Origin: Octopus sinensis
Lineage: Eukaryota
DNA length: 64,000 bases
Direction of reading: 5' to 3'
NCBI RefSeq assembly: GCF_006345805.1
Contig: NC_043011.1
Span: forward strand, 16,690,464-16,754,463
Positions 37,765-51,243 of this stretch are shown piece after piece (the first letter of the stretch is position 1; the number at the start of each line of letters is the position of its first letter). The translations under genes were made by a program, and so were the position numbers. Below the pieces are notes generated by a model, which had not been told where the DNA came from, ran no database searches, and saw only the letters and a program-made list of their open reading frames with translations.

Positions 37765-38334
37765 CGCGCGCGCATACTATTCTTAAATCTATTTCTGTGT
37801 ACATATATATGTGTGTGTACATATATATATCCTTGTTTGTCCCCTCTATTTTTAGCCCCTTGTGGGTAGTAAAGAAATATTTATATGTGTGCAAATTCCG
37901 CCGAGGTCGATTTTGCCTTTCATCCTTTCAGGGTGGATAAATTAAGTACCACTTACGCACTGGGGTCGATGTAACCGAGTTAACGCGTTTGTTTGTCCTT
38001 GTTTGTCCCCTCTGTATTTAGCCCCTAATGGGTAGTAAAGAAATATATATATGTGTGCGTGTGTGTGTATAGGGGAGTTAAGTTAGGGGTTATAACAACC
38101 TATTTCTTTACTACCCACAAGGGGCTAAACACAGAGAGGACAAAAAAGGTCAGACAAGCGGATTAAGTCGATTATATCGACCCCAGTGCGTAACTGGTAA
38201 CTTAATTTATCGACCCCGGAAGGATGAAAGGCAAAGTCGACCTCGGCGGAATTTGAACTCAGAACGTAGCGGCAGACGAAATACCGCTAAGCATTTCGCC
38301 CGGCGTGCTAACGTTTCTGCCAGCTCGTCGCCTC
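37765..38334. mobile_element. cluster of SINE family A copies (partial plus-strand tails 37765-38045; full minus-strand copy 38098-38334)
   Basis: Sequence similarity to family A. Confidence 0.85.
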
Positions 38335-38507
38335 TTAGGGGTTAAAACAACCGTCTAAGAGATACTTGCATCCAATAAATCCATTGGTGTATTACCTATA
38401 TTCAATCATGAGCATTGGTGGTAATGCTCATAAATGATAGGTAATGACAAAAATAGAATAGAGTTTATCGATATTCCAGGAAAACAGAAAATGGAGACAC
38501 AATTCGT

Positions 38508-38605
38508 GAATAATAATTGATTTACATCAATTATCATTTATTACAAATTCTGTCTTTTTGTAATTAATTAATAAATGGTAATTGATGTAAATCAATTGTT
38601 ATTCA
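38508..38605. repeat. AT-rich hairpin with about 36-bp arms
   Basis: GAATAATAATTGATTTACATCAATTATCATTTATTA / TAATAAATGGTAATTGATGTAAATCAATTGTTATTC. Confidence 0.8.
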
Positions 38606-38646
38606 TTAATTGTATCGCCAAATTTTCTTCTCTTGTATACACACAT

Positions 38647-38680
<34 letters not shown>

Positions 38681-38689
38681 GTATATATT

Positions 38690-39142
38690 CTTTTGTTCTT
38701 TTACTTGTTTCAGTCATTTGACTGCGTCTAAGCTGGAGCACCACCTTTAGTCGAACAAAACGACCCCAGGACTTTTTCTTATTTTTTGTAAGCCTTGTAC
38801 CTATTCTATCGGTCAGTTTTGCCGAACCGCTAAGTTACAAGGACGTAAACACACTAATATCGGTTGAGAAGCGATGGTGGGGGACAAGCACAGACACAAA
38901 TACACACACTTATATGTATATATATACATATATATATATATATATGTGTGTGTGTTGTGTGTGTGTGTGTGTTTGTGTGTGTACAACGGGCTTCTTTTCA
39001 GTTTCCGTCTACCAAATCCACTCACAAGCTTTTGATTGGCCCGAGGCAATTGTAAAGAGAATTACCCAAGGTGCCGCGCAGTAGAACTAAATAAACCATG
39101 TGGTTGGGAAGCAAGCTTCTTAACACATATCCACGCCTGCGT
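38690..39142 (-). mobile_element. SINE family B
   Basis: Similarity to 51244-51660. Confidence 0.88.
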
Positions 39143-39159
39143 CTAAACACTCATATATG

Positions 39160-39197
<38 letters not shown>

Positions 39198-39200
<3 letters not shown>

Positions 39201-39518
39201 AAAGACTCCGCCGGTTACGACGACGAGGGTCCCAGCTGATACGATCAACGGAACAGCTTGCTCGTGAAATTAACGTGCAAATGGCTGAGCATTCCACAGA
39301 CACGTGTACCCTTAACGTAGTTCTCGGGATAATCAGCGTGACACAGAGAGTGACAAGGCTGACCTTTGAAATACAAGTACAACTCATTTTTGCCAGCTGA
39401 GTGGACTGGAGCAACGTGAAATAAAGTGTCTTGCTCAAGGACACAACGCGTCGCCGGGAATCGAACTCACAATCTTACGATCATGAGCCGAATGCCCTAA
39501 GCACTAAGCCACGCGCCC

Positions 39519-39521
<3 letters not shown>
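39198..39521 (-). mobile_element. SINE family D head with tail X
   Basis: Head GTGAGGGCGCGTGGCTTAGTG..GAGTTCGATTCCCGG. Tail shared with 9862-10185 and 40658-41021. Confidence 0.88.
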
Positions 39522-39600
<79 letters not shown>

Positions 39601-39964
39601 GAAATATGTTTAAAAAAATAGAAAATACACGTGGAGATGTAAGGAGAAAATAAGAAAATCAACGAAAATGCACATTGTAAATAAAAAAAGAAAAGGCTTT
39701 TTTTGAAAGGTAACGATACATTTAGATGGACTGAGGTAGTAATAAAAGTCATAAAAGTCATTATTACGTGATGATTAAAGAGTCCGAAAGCATACCATGG
39801 TTTCGTCATAAGCTATTCATTGCTTTGAATGAACACCGACTAATGAACGGTGTCAGGTCTAATAGTTCCTGAGTAAAAAGATTATTTGTAAGGGAGGTAT
39901 GTAGTTCTGGATTTTGTGCAGTTAGGTTAGATATAGGATTTAGCCGCAACTCCACTAACTTTTC

Positions 39965-40428
39965 CGAGTTAAGTTTCATTCCCGTTACCGCTTGCTATTC
40001 TCGCCGACCATGTTGATGTGCCTGTGGCTCCACAATATAACGGTGACGTCATCCACGTATGCAGACACGCTCCCCCTGCATACCAGTTCTCAGTATTGTC
40101 ACCTTCCGCAGTAGTGACTCTAGAGTCAATACGTACAAAAGCGACGAGAGGGAGCATCCTTGATGGATCTAACGCATGATGTTAAACGGTCTGGATAAAT
40201 GACCATTTACGCGAACTACCGAACGATGCCGCTATATAAGGCAGCGATAACCGCGGAAGTAGGGGACCGAAACCAGCTACTCTAAGGACGGCCTCCAAGT
40301 AACAATGGTCGACCCTATCGAAAGCTTTCGATTGATCTAAATTGATCAGCGACCCGCCCATGTCAGGTTCCTTAACAACCCTGTCTATGAGCATACGAAA
40401 AGCACTATCTCCGACTATGAAGCCACAG
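39965..40428 (-). pseudogene. L1/Tx1-clade reverse transcriptase fragment
   Basis: LINLDQSKAFDRVDH.YLEAVL..GFG, VNGHLSRPFNI, HQGCSLSSLLYVL, SAYVDDVT. Confidence 0.85.
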
Positions 40429-40657
40429 CTATCAGCTTTGTTAAATAACTGGTTAATCTTCAGATGAGTTAATTGAGAGAGTCTCTTATTCAAGATCGAA
40501 GTGATTTTCGATTGAAACTTGACTTTGCCATGCAGAGTGTTACAACAATTACCATGGCTGGACCAGACAACATCAACAATAACACATACTTGAAGAGCAC
40601 AGCGAAAACATCATCACAAAAGGTAAACAAACTCTTACTAGTTGTGGCTATATAAGA

Positions 40658-41021
40658 TTTTGGAAGCACTCCGTCGAGGGTTCCGGTTGATCTGATCAAC
40701 GGAACAGCCTGCTCGTGAAAGTGGCTGAGCACTCCACAGACACGTGTACCCTTAACGTAGTTCTCGGGGATATTCAGCGTGACACAGAGAGTGACAAGGC
40801 CGGCCCTTTGAAATACAGGTACAACAGAAACAGGAAGTAAGAGTGAGAGAAAGTTGTGGTGAAAGAGTACAGCAGGGATCACCACCATCCCTGCCGGAAC
40901 TTCGTGGAGCTTTAGGTGTTTTCGCTCAATAAACACTCACAACGCCCGGTCTGGGAATCGAAATCGCGATCCTACGACCGCGAGTCCGCTGCCCTAACCA
41001 CTGGGCCATTGCACCTCCACA
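40658..41021 (-). mobile_element. SINE family C with tail X
   Basis: 14-bp TSD GTGGCTATAT(A/G)AGA at 40644-40657 and 41022-41035. Confidence 0.92.
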
Positions 41022-41668
41022 GTGGCTATATGAGATATCATAACTACAAAACACATTTTTCTTGCAGTTATGAACTGAATAATGATTTATTTAACTGCTA
41101 TATAAGAGCAAAACAAAACCCCGCTGTTGGATATATAACTAGATTAAAAGCATACTGGGACAAGCTGCACCGAGAACTAAAATATTTTACTGCGAAATAA
41201 TTACGCCAACAATAAACATTTGTGGAACGGAAGAAGAAAGTTAGTGAATATATCTTCACTCAGAAAAGATATGAGATTAACTTTCTTTCAAACGGGACAA
41301 ATTTCTGAACGATATTACAACACGACGTTGTTTCACAGTTAGCGACATTCCAACAGATACATTACAAGCCATTGTCTCAACTGACCATTGTCCCTCTACT
41401 ATGACTATGGCAAATAGTAACCACAACCGCAACGATCATTTTAGTAGTAGTCACGATTATATATCGGTAAAATATGCCCTTAAAAATGTTCAAGGAAAAT
41501 TAACTTTAGCTTTGAAGTACTTTTTTGAAGAGTAAGTATTTTCTACCAAAGTATGCAAAAGACCAACAGGCGGTATTAAATGCTATTAATGAAATTGGAG
41601 AGGAATATTTCCAACAATGTATCGAACCCTCATTCTGGCAAATTAACGCCTGTCTATATGCCCTGTCT

Positions 41669-41929
41669 GTGGAGGCGCATGGCTTAGTGGTTAGGGTGTC
41701 AGCATTATGACCGTAAGATTGTGGTTTCGATTCCTGGACCGGGCGACGCGTTGTGTTCTTGAGCAAAACACTTCATTTCACGTTAATCCAGTTCACTCAG
41801 CTGGCAAAAGTGAGTAACGCTGCGATGGACTGGTGTCTTGTCCAGCTGGAGAACACCTATGCCACAGAAACCGGGAAACCGGGCCCATGAGCCTGGCTAG
41901 GCTTTAAAAGGGCGCTTTATTTATTTGTT
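41669..41929 (+). mobile_element. SINE family D with tail Z
   Basis: Imperfect TSD TATATGCCC..TCT. (TTTA)n tail. Confidence 0.88.
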
Positions 41930-42639
41930 TATATGCCCCATCTACTACTGCAAAGCAATACATGAAAGACACTCAAAAGGTAAAGAAAATCGAAACAACA
42001 AAAAAAGAACCATCAAGAGCTGATTTACCGAAGACCATCAGCCACGTGTCGATGCTTATTCTTTGCAAACAAAAAAAAAACGAATACTCAAAAAGAGAAT
42101 ACTCACTTTCAAACTGATAAGAGGCAGAAGCAACGTCGATCTAGACTGCTTTCAATGTCCTAAGTGTCGAAATACATCCCTTGACCAAGTTCTTATACAC
42201 GAGGTAGATACTATCATAAGACTTGGAAAGTAGCTCCCCGAGCAACATTCCTTGTTTGATAGCCTGAAATACAAATTAGAATATTTATTGGTAAGGAACA
42301 CAGAGTGATTATAAGGTCGGATTTTAACGGCATCGGTTCGTCACTCGAAAGAAGCTCTTACGAGTTGTTCCTGGCAGAATGTTGACGTTGTAATCGCTCA
42401 TTCTGCATTTTTCTTTTGTTTTTTTCTTTTTACTTATTTTCTAATGAATTACCATCTACCCAAGCACCAAGTGTTTTTCCGTGAATGTTACTCTAATGAT
42501 TTTGAATAACAAACTTCAACTTTAACAGTAACACACACATACGCAAATGATGAAAGGTGGAAGGTGAACTTGGAATCTAAAGAGTTGAAACTAAAGACCA
42601 CAGAATCTTTTGAAGATCAATCTACAAATTTTACCAGAC

Positions 42640-43472
42640 CAGTGTCCAATCACATTTTCAATAATGACTTCAAAATTTGGCGCAGGGCCAGCAATTTTAA
42701 AGGAGGATATATCGGTTACATCGATCTCAGTATTCAACTGGTCTTATTTTAACGACTCCGAGGGGATGAATGGCAAAGGCGACTTGGCAGAATTTGAACT
42801 CAGAGCATGAGGACGGAGGAAATACTGCTAAGTATTTTGCCCGACGATCTAACGATTATGCCAGCTTTTAGTTTCAACTTTTGGCACAAGGCCAGCAATT
42901 TCGTGAGAGTAGGTAAGTCGATTATATCGACTCCAGTGTTCAACCGATATTTATTTTGCCGACTCCAAAGGGATGAAAGGCAAAGTCGCCCTCTGCGGAA
43001 TTTGAACTCAGAAGCTAAAGATGTACGAAATGCTGTTATGCATTTTACCCGACGTGTTAACGATTCTTATTTCTTTATTGCCCACAAGGGGCTAAACATA
43101 GAGGCGACAAACAAGAAAAGACAAAGAGATTAAGTCCATTACGTCGACCCCAGTGCGTAACTGGTACTTAATTTAACGACCTCGAAAGGATGAAAGGCAA
43201 AGTGGACCTCGGCGGAATTTGAACTCAGAACGTAGAGGCAGACGAAATACCTATTTCGTTACTACCCACAAGGGGCTAAACACATACAGGAGAAACAAGG
43301 ACAGACAAACATATTAAGTCGATTACATTGACCCCAGTGCGTAACTGGTACTTAATTTATCGACCCCGAAAGGATGAAAGGCAAAGTCGACCTCGGCGGA
43401 ATTTGAACTCAGAACGTAGCGGCAGGCGAAATACGGCTACGCATTTCGCCCGGCGTGCTAATCATTCTGCCA
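42640..43472 (-). mobile_element. head-to-tail array of four family A-type SINE units of different ages
   Basis: Units at about 42660-42870, 42875-43065, 43068-43251 and 43252-43472, each with the GGCAAAGTCGAC..GAATTTGAACTCAG core. Confidence 0.85.
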
Positions 43473-44702
43473 GTTCGCAGCCTTTAATTTCAAAAGTAAT
43501 ACTATATATTGTATCATATTTTCTCGAGATATCCGTAAGAAATTTGAGCTCATTGCTGTAACATATGAAAACACACCATATTTATATAGAATGATTCTAC
43601 TTCTTAAATCACTTATCTGAGTGTCACCATGAAGTCTATTTCTAGTTAAGTAGTCTGAACCAAGTAAGTGTTCTTTCTTAAGTGGAAAAGCGCAACAATA
43701 ATCGCAGTGTGGGTTATGGAAGTTTGTTTTCAGTTACATAAATAACTGTAAATTATAGAAGGAACTGGTCACTTAATCCTACAAAGTATCTCTAGAAATC
43801 ATACAGAATACTTGCTATAATTTTCGTTAAGATTTATGGTTTAAACCTTTATTCTATGTGAGTCAGATTTCTGAAAAAATATCTACGATGGATTTGAATT
43901 TATATCTAAAAGAGAAAGCAAAAATTTCGAGTACATGTGACCTAATGGGAATTAAATGATAAAAAGTATAAGGCCTTACAGTAAAGTTAATAGTCAGTTC
44001 TAATCGCCCGTTTAGTGATGTGATTGCATTTATTGTCAACGTGGGTTTTTAGCCGAAAACCATGACTGAAGATATGGTAATGTATATATTGCATAAAGTG
44101 CTACACTAGGTGGATTTATATAATAACAACAACATATACCTCTTTAGAATAAAACCTAGAGTCTACGACATTAAATTTTCATGACCAGATTTTGTAAATG
44201 CAGCGTACTATTTATATTTTCGTACATGAATTTAAAATATTCCAGCTAGCATTCTGCTAAGTGATGCTTTAGCCTGCTTTCATCCTCATGGGATCAATAA
44301 ATAATATAGCTAAAATGATCAATTCAGGAACTGGAGCCTGGTTAAGTAGTTTCATGTCACTTGATCACCTCTGCCAGCTTAACCAATATATACAGCAGCC
44401 AAGATGGTGCCAGCAGCATGACTCTTTTGGCATAGTGTTGAATGTGATAGAGCAGATTGTCTAATCAATGAGAACATGGACGAAATGAAACAGCAGATAT
44501 AGAAAATGGTAAAAATAGTAATCTGTGATGTCTCGGTTATGCATAACTGGAAATTGAACCAGCTACTTTATAGCTGCTTAATGCATGATCCGTTATTGTT
44601 AACGTCAACAGATTGTTAATACTGTAGACAGCTCTTTCTTTCTCCCTCTCTCTTGATTATATATATATACACACACACACACATACATAATATATATATA
44701 TA

Positions 44703-44793
<91 letters not shown>

Positions 44794-44829
44794 TATATGT
44801 ATATATGTATATATATATATATATATGTA

Positions 44830-44869
<40 letters not shown>

Positions 44870-45136
44870 GGTGTGTGTGTATTATATATTATATGTATAT
44901 ATATTATATATATATGTATACCTATACAGGCATATATGTAAACATATATATTGATTTATACTGAATAATATATGTATACAGTATACATACATATATATAT
45001 GTATATATATATATATATAATATATATAAACACACACGCGTGTGTATACGCACTACTTGTATGTGTGATTATTGTGTGAATGTGTGTGTGTGTATGCGTG
45101 CGTGTGTGTATATGCGTGTTCGTAAGTGTGTGTGTA

Positions 45137-45167
<31 letters not shown>

Positions 45168-46411
45168 AATCGATGATATTTCTGTCTTTAGTTTCCTTAT
45201 TCTAAAAACAACTGCATGACTCATATTTGCCTGACTCGTATACATTTTCTGCATAAACTTCTCTTCCTCATCACCATCTCCAACTGCATAAGTGTAATGA
45301 CTAATCAAGCGGCGTCATTCTTGCAAATATGACATCTAAAATACAACATTCTCTTTCTCTAATCATTTTCTCCTTACCAATGTAATTCTTCATAAACATA
45401 GCTTTAAAAAATGTCAATAAATGCCAAAAACTTCTGAGTGAAATTACCTAAAAAAAGTTTGCAAGTATTATTTTCATTTCCTTCTTTTTATATCATATTA
45501 TTTTTCAGCAAGAGATAATTAGAGAAATGTTTAATAAACCACTAACAACAATGTGTTGTTAAAAAAAAAAGCAAAAAAAAAAACAAACAAACAAAGTCTG
45601 CTACAAATAAAATAGCAACGCTCATTTCTCCTTCTTGTGATATGAAAATAATTACTAGATGTTAATCTGCATTTTATTCATAGAATATATTGAAAATCTG
45701 GTTTCAAAGTTCAATGAAATTTTTATGACAAATACAAGTCGATTTACATTTATTGTTGTAGAACCAGAAATATTGATGAAATGAACGCATGAAAAAAAAA
45801 TAAATCAAGATGAAGATCAACCTATGATAGATATTTTTGTTTTATTTAAATTTAATGTTGATGCTTGCAAATAAGAACAAGTGGCATCATTAGAGGCGAT
45901 AACTCATGATTAAATCTTAATCGATTGTTTGTATTGTGAGAAAATGAAATTCTGTTTCTGCGCATGAATTTATATAACAACGGTTTCCCCACTCTTCGCT
46001 ATAAGCATTTTCTATGATTTTGTTTTTTCACCATCAGTAGTCATACAATAAATCGTTATATTAAAACGCATTCATTTAATGTATCCCACGTCATATGATT
46101 GTTCTTTAATGCAACCTCAATCATGACTGAACAAACCCATTATCAAACAACGCTGAAAACGCAGCTAGTCCGTCGATTTTTCAAGGATACCACGCACACG
46201 CGCCTCATCCATACATATACATTATATATATGTGTGTTTGTGTGTGTACAAATATATATGTGTATTTGTATGTGTCTGTGTTGTGTTGGTCTGCCTGTCT
46301 AACTAGCGGGGCGGTATTATTCGAAACTACAAAAATGCAAAGAAATGTACTGTGATTAGGGGCGTAAGACAACATTTGATAGTCTAGTGGATGGTCACAC
46401 AGTATTGTATG

Positions 46412-46445
<34 letters not shown>

Positions 46446-46469
46446 ACCCCCACACACACACATATATAT

Positions 46470-46503
<34 letters not shown>

Positions 46504-46507
46504 CCCC

Positions 46508-46565
<58 letters not shown>

Positions 46566-46647
46566 TATATGTATGTATATATAAATAGATGTGTGTATTT
46601 TTTCACTTGTTAACACTTAACAAGAAAATATATATATATACATACAC

Positions 46648-46697
<50 letters not shown>

Positions 46698-46724
46698 CAT
46701 ATATATATATATACATATACATAC

Positions 46725-46756
<32 letters not shown>

Positions 46757-46866
46757 ATGCATATACATATATATATGTATGTGTATATATATATATACAT
46801 ATACATATATATATATTATATATATACATATACATACGTATATATGTACAGCGAGAGGAGAGATAA

Positions 46867-46920
<54 letters not shown>

Positions 46921-46984
46921 GCGTCCGCTCATAGATGAATTAGTGCTAAACAACATCATGTTTCTTTTTTGTTATTACAAACAG

Positions 46985-47110
46985 CAAAGATTGCTGTGGA
47001 TGCAGTAAAAAAACTTGCAGCTCCAGCATATTTCTATTCAGCGCCTAAAGCTGTAACTTCTCTGATTTTGAACTCTGACCCTGATTTACATTCTGTTATT
47101 TACAGAAGCA
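46985..47110 (+). CDS. candidate internal coding exon of an unidentified host gene (phase 1-1, 126 nt): xKIAVDAVKKLAAPAYFYSAPKAVTSLILNSDPDLHSVIYRS
   Basis: Polypyrimidine acceptor TTTCTTTTTTGTTATTACAAACAG, consensus donor GTAAGT, length a multiple of 3, frame fully open, unique non-repetitive sequence. Confidence 0.55.
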
Positions 47111-47139
47111 GTAAGTTAAAGAATACTTGAAAACGTGAT

Positions 47140-47300
47140 AATATGATTACTGATCATTCGGTCGAAGTTGATTTTGACTTTCATCCCTCCGGAGTCGGTT
47201 CAATGCTAGTTCAAATATCGGTTCGATACTGGGGTCGATGTAATCGACTTATGTCCTTCCCTGAAATTGCTGGCCTTGTGCTAAAGTTTGAAACCAATAT
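47140..47300 (+). mobile_element. old family A-like SINE fragment
   Basis: GACTTTCATCCCTCCGGAGTCGG..GGGGTCGATGTAATCGACT. Confidence 0.6.
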
Positions 47301-47444
47301 GATTACTGATCGTGAGATATCATAAATGTCTTATTTTTCTTTTTGCTTTATTTTTATTTACGTAAAGCAATCTTTACTGCATATCTGTTTAACGCACAAA
47401 TAATAGAAAAAAATCCCCTCTGATGATTGTTCATTGTCGTAGTG

Positions 47445-47760
47445 GAGAAGCTTGCGTGGACCAATGATTCTGAGAGCGATGCTATCGCGAGTTCTAAACT
47501 TATGGTAGGGCCACTCTTGGCGGCAAGATTGAGGACGAGGACCCAGACTAAGCGCGACCGACCCCCAATAACCCCAACGATGGAATCAGCAGATGATAAT
47601 TACAACAGATCTCAACACCTGAACCAGTAGACGAAGAGGAGCTACGCATGACGGACATACTACAGAATGCACGACTCAAAACTATAACCGGGTCAGCGGT
47701 AGTTCTTTGCAGTTTCATAACTGGATCCAGTATGTCTCATTCTATGTGTGCCGCAGAGAA
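47445..47760 (+). mobile_element. RTE-type 5-prime UTR fragment
   Basis: GAAGCTTGCGTGGACCAATGATTCTGAGAGCGATGCT..TGGTAGGGCCACTC..GGACCCAGACTAAG resembles conserved RTE (Rex3/Bov-B-type) leaders. Similar motif at 54310-54370. Confidence 0.6.
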
Positions 47761-48219
47761 AGGTCATGAAACCAAGTGCGTAAGTCACTTCCTGGCAAGT
47801 TGGGGTCCCTCTTCAACATATCCACGTCATTGGCTCTTTTTCTTCTCTGATTGTCTTTTACTGCCAATCAATAGAATAAAATTAATATACACACCTGAAA
47901 CAGCCTTAAATTACAGTATGCATAACATTTATAATGTCTATACGAACGTGGAACGGCAGTAGCTGTGATATTTTTACTCAGGCAAGTTTTTTGAACCACG
48001 AAGCTCGCTTTGGAAATTTACTCGAAGACAATACAAGTGCCGTTTCATGTTTTCAAATGCATAATGAATGCTATATACTCTGATCTTTTACGATCAAATA
48101 TTATCTTTGCAGTGGGGAGTAACTTATAATTACTCATACATATTTTTCATGAGAATATCTTTCGATCTCTAAAATGTTTGATAGTAGGTCTACCACAAAA
48201 ATATACAACATAAACATAG

Positions 48220-48600
48220 ATGCAGGCGTGGCTGTTTGATAAGAAATTTGCTTCCCAACCACAGAGTTCTCGGTTCAGTCCCACAGCGTGACAACTTGGG
48301 CAAGTGTTTTCAACTATAGCCTCGGGCCGACCATAGCCTTGTATGGGGATTTGGTAGACGGAAACTGAAAGAAGCCCCTCATATGTGCGTATGTGTATTC
48401 CACCGCCACTTGATAACCGATGTTGTTGTGTTTACATCCACGTATCTTTGCGGTTCGGCAAAATTAACCGATAGAGTAAGTACCAGGATTTAATAAAACA
48501 GAAAAAAAGTACTATGGTCGATTCATTCGAATAAAATTTCTTCAAAGCGATGCCCCAGAATGGCTGCAGTCAAATGACTGAAACAAGTAAAAGATAAAAA
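48220..48600 (+). mobile_element. SINE family B, diverged full length
   Basis: Head and tail motifs present. Confidence 0.85.
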
Positions 48601-49595
48601 ATAGTATCTCCAAGCGATTCGTTAAAAAGGTGTGCTTACAAATAGGTGTAATACATAATATAGAATTAAGATGAACTCTGAAATATGTATCAATATGAAC
48701 TAGAAGTTCTATGATGTATCGATTTGGTTATAATACTTTTCTCTCCTAGAAATATGAAGTTATTAAGTTCATGGAAAGCTGAATTATCTGCTAAATCTAG
48801 AAAGATACCATCTAAATACACTACTATTGGCAAAACCCTTATATTAGTATCAAACTTTAAAAATGTTGTTCATTAAGTGAGAAATTGTACCGAAATTTCC
48901 ATCTGCGTTCATTCGGTTATCTTTTTTTAAAAAATAGGATTGTTTGGTTTTTTAATGAAAAACAATATTTCAATAAAAAAAACAGGCTGGAATGTTATGG
49001 CAGGGATGATTTTAATCATAGATCTTTTTGGTCAGAGTCAAGTTGTCTATAGAATAACAGCATCATCTAAACGTTGAGGGCATATGAAGCCATAATGCTA
49101 CAGTGAACAAACAATAAAGTTGAAAATGAACAGTATGGATTAACTACCTCAATTTCATACGTCCTGGCGCCTTTTCAGAGAGTAGATACTTAAAGAAAAA
49201 AATCTATATAAAATCAATAAGGGGACTGCCATATCATTGAAATAACAGCACCATCGCCCTCAAATCACAGACAAAAAATTAGATTAAGTAACCTCGAAGA
49301 AAAGACAGGGTGGTTAATGCTGGGATTGTCTCGACCACTGTTCTGAAATATTATGACAATCATCGTTTACAATTTACAATTCTTCAAAGCCAAAATGTCG
49401 GTATCAGAAATTCGTAGTACAGGTGTTCTTTATTCCTATTTTCCAAGCCTTTCCTTACCAATAAAGTCCACATCATTAAAGGATTGAAGCTGTTGTCAAA
49501 CTAGACGAAGGTTATTTAAATTAAAAGTTTTTGAAATTCTTGTATAAACGTGCATGATTTACACCACTCAAATTTATCCAAACAGTTCTTGTTGT

Positions 49596-49989
49596 GTTTA
49601 TTGTTGTTGTCATTGTTGCTGCTGTTTACTTGTTGAGCGAAGCGGTCTTCGTCCTGGGAGAAGTCCGAAACGTGGTCCTTTGCTATTCGTAAGACCCGCA
49701 GAAGAGAAAACAGGTCAACCCCTGACACCGAGAGCATCGACGGATGGATGAATGCGCATCCAGGCTCAGCAGCTGCGTAAAAATTCGGGGACAAGAAACA
49801 GGAAGAAAGAGTGAGAGAAAGTTGGAGCGAAAGAGTACAACAGGGGTCGCCACCATCCCCTGCAGGAGCATCGTGGAGCTTTAGGTGTTTTCGCTCAATA
49901 AACACACACAACGCTCGGTCTGGGAATCGAAACCGCGATCCTCCGACCGCGAGTCCGCTGCCCTAACCATTGGGCTATTGCGCCTCCAC
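49596..49989 (-). mobile_element. SINE family C head with a third tail (W), ending in (AAC)n
   Basis: Head as in 51924-52293, unrelated tail, imperfect TSD GTTC(T/C)TG(T/C)TGT. Confidence 0.8.
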
Positions 49990-50592
49990 TGTTCCTGCTG
50001 TATATCTCTGTAGCTACTCTGATGAGCTATGAACATCCACTTATCTTTTTCCAATAGTGTACCCGAAATTGCTTTACCCAAGATGGTTGGATATATTTTG
50101 AGGTATATTTTGAAGCTATTTCTTGTAGAGCGAGCAACCATGTAGAAGTTCCTATATCTCTTTCTTTGTCTTTCTTAACTCTCATTGCTCCTCTCCACGA
50201 ATTCTCCTTTCTCTCTTTCATCCATCTAATATCTTCTTTATTTATTAATGAATGCAGGACGTAAGGCTATCTATTTATTATTGTACAGTTTTATATAAAT
50301 GGCAAGCAATTTATGTATATTATACTCTACTTTTTGTCTGTTTTTTGTTTTGTTTTTTTTTATTGGACGGCTCTAATTGTTAAGTAGTACATTGAAAAGC
50401 CCAGTCGATTATATTGACCCCAGATCATATTTCAGCCTGGACTTATACTTTTGAGCTTTATTTATCGAACTGATACCATTCTGTAGTTAATGAACACAAC
50501 AGAAATAGGATATCGTTACAAAAAATGAATACATGAATGTGTATTATTTGGGTATGTATTATTTGGGTATGTGTTAGTGTTAGTGTGTGGTG

Positions 50593-50665
<73 letters not shown>

Positions 50666-51122
50666 AGAGAGAGAGAGTGGGAGGGAGAGACAGACAGACA
50701 AACCGACCGAGAAAAAGAGAAAGGCGTATTAATGACATAATTGTAATTTCTTTATTAGAAATACTTTTTCTGGACCTCATACTGAATATTAGTTACTTTT
50801 TGAATGTGTGTTTAAACATAAATAATTATCTATATGTATTTATGATAAAGAGAGATAACAGAACGTGAGAGTGAGAAAGCAGGAGAAATAACGACAGATA
50901 GGTAGATAGATAGATAGATTGAATTTCAAGAGTGTGACGCAAAATATGTAAGAAAAAAATGACAGTGAGACCGTAAACCCTCAAGAAGCTACTGAAACTA
51001 ACGCATGTTATATTCTTGTGGACGTATTACACAAGTGGTTCTCAGCTGTCGGTCTGTCTCACCATGCCTCTTGGGGGTCTAAATTTTTTTTTGTTGAGAT
51101 TTATCTGTGATAAATTGGTTAC

Positions 51123-51215
51123 ATTGGCTTGGTGCATAATTATTGCGGCTTTTTTACAACAAATTTTATTCAACAAAAACAATAACAACATGTAACAAAA
51201 ACATTTTAAAATGGG
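51123..51215 (+). mobile_element. mariner-type terminal inverted repeat remnant
   Basis: ATTGGCTTGGTGCATAATTATTGCGGCTTTTT resembles Hsmar1-type TIR TTAGGTTGGTGCAAAAGTAATTGCGGTT. Confidence 0.6.
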
Positions 51216-51243
51216 TGTTTTTTTTTAAATACCAATTCACTAA

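Larger units (their letters stand above)
40429..42273 (+). mobile_element. R4-like LINE copy, RT region deleted, with two nested SINEs
   Basis: Colinear with 15145-16270, then jumps near 42120-42160 to sequence matching 28465-28560. Confidence 0.75.
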
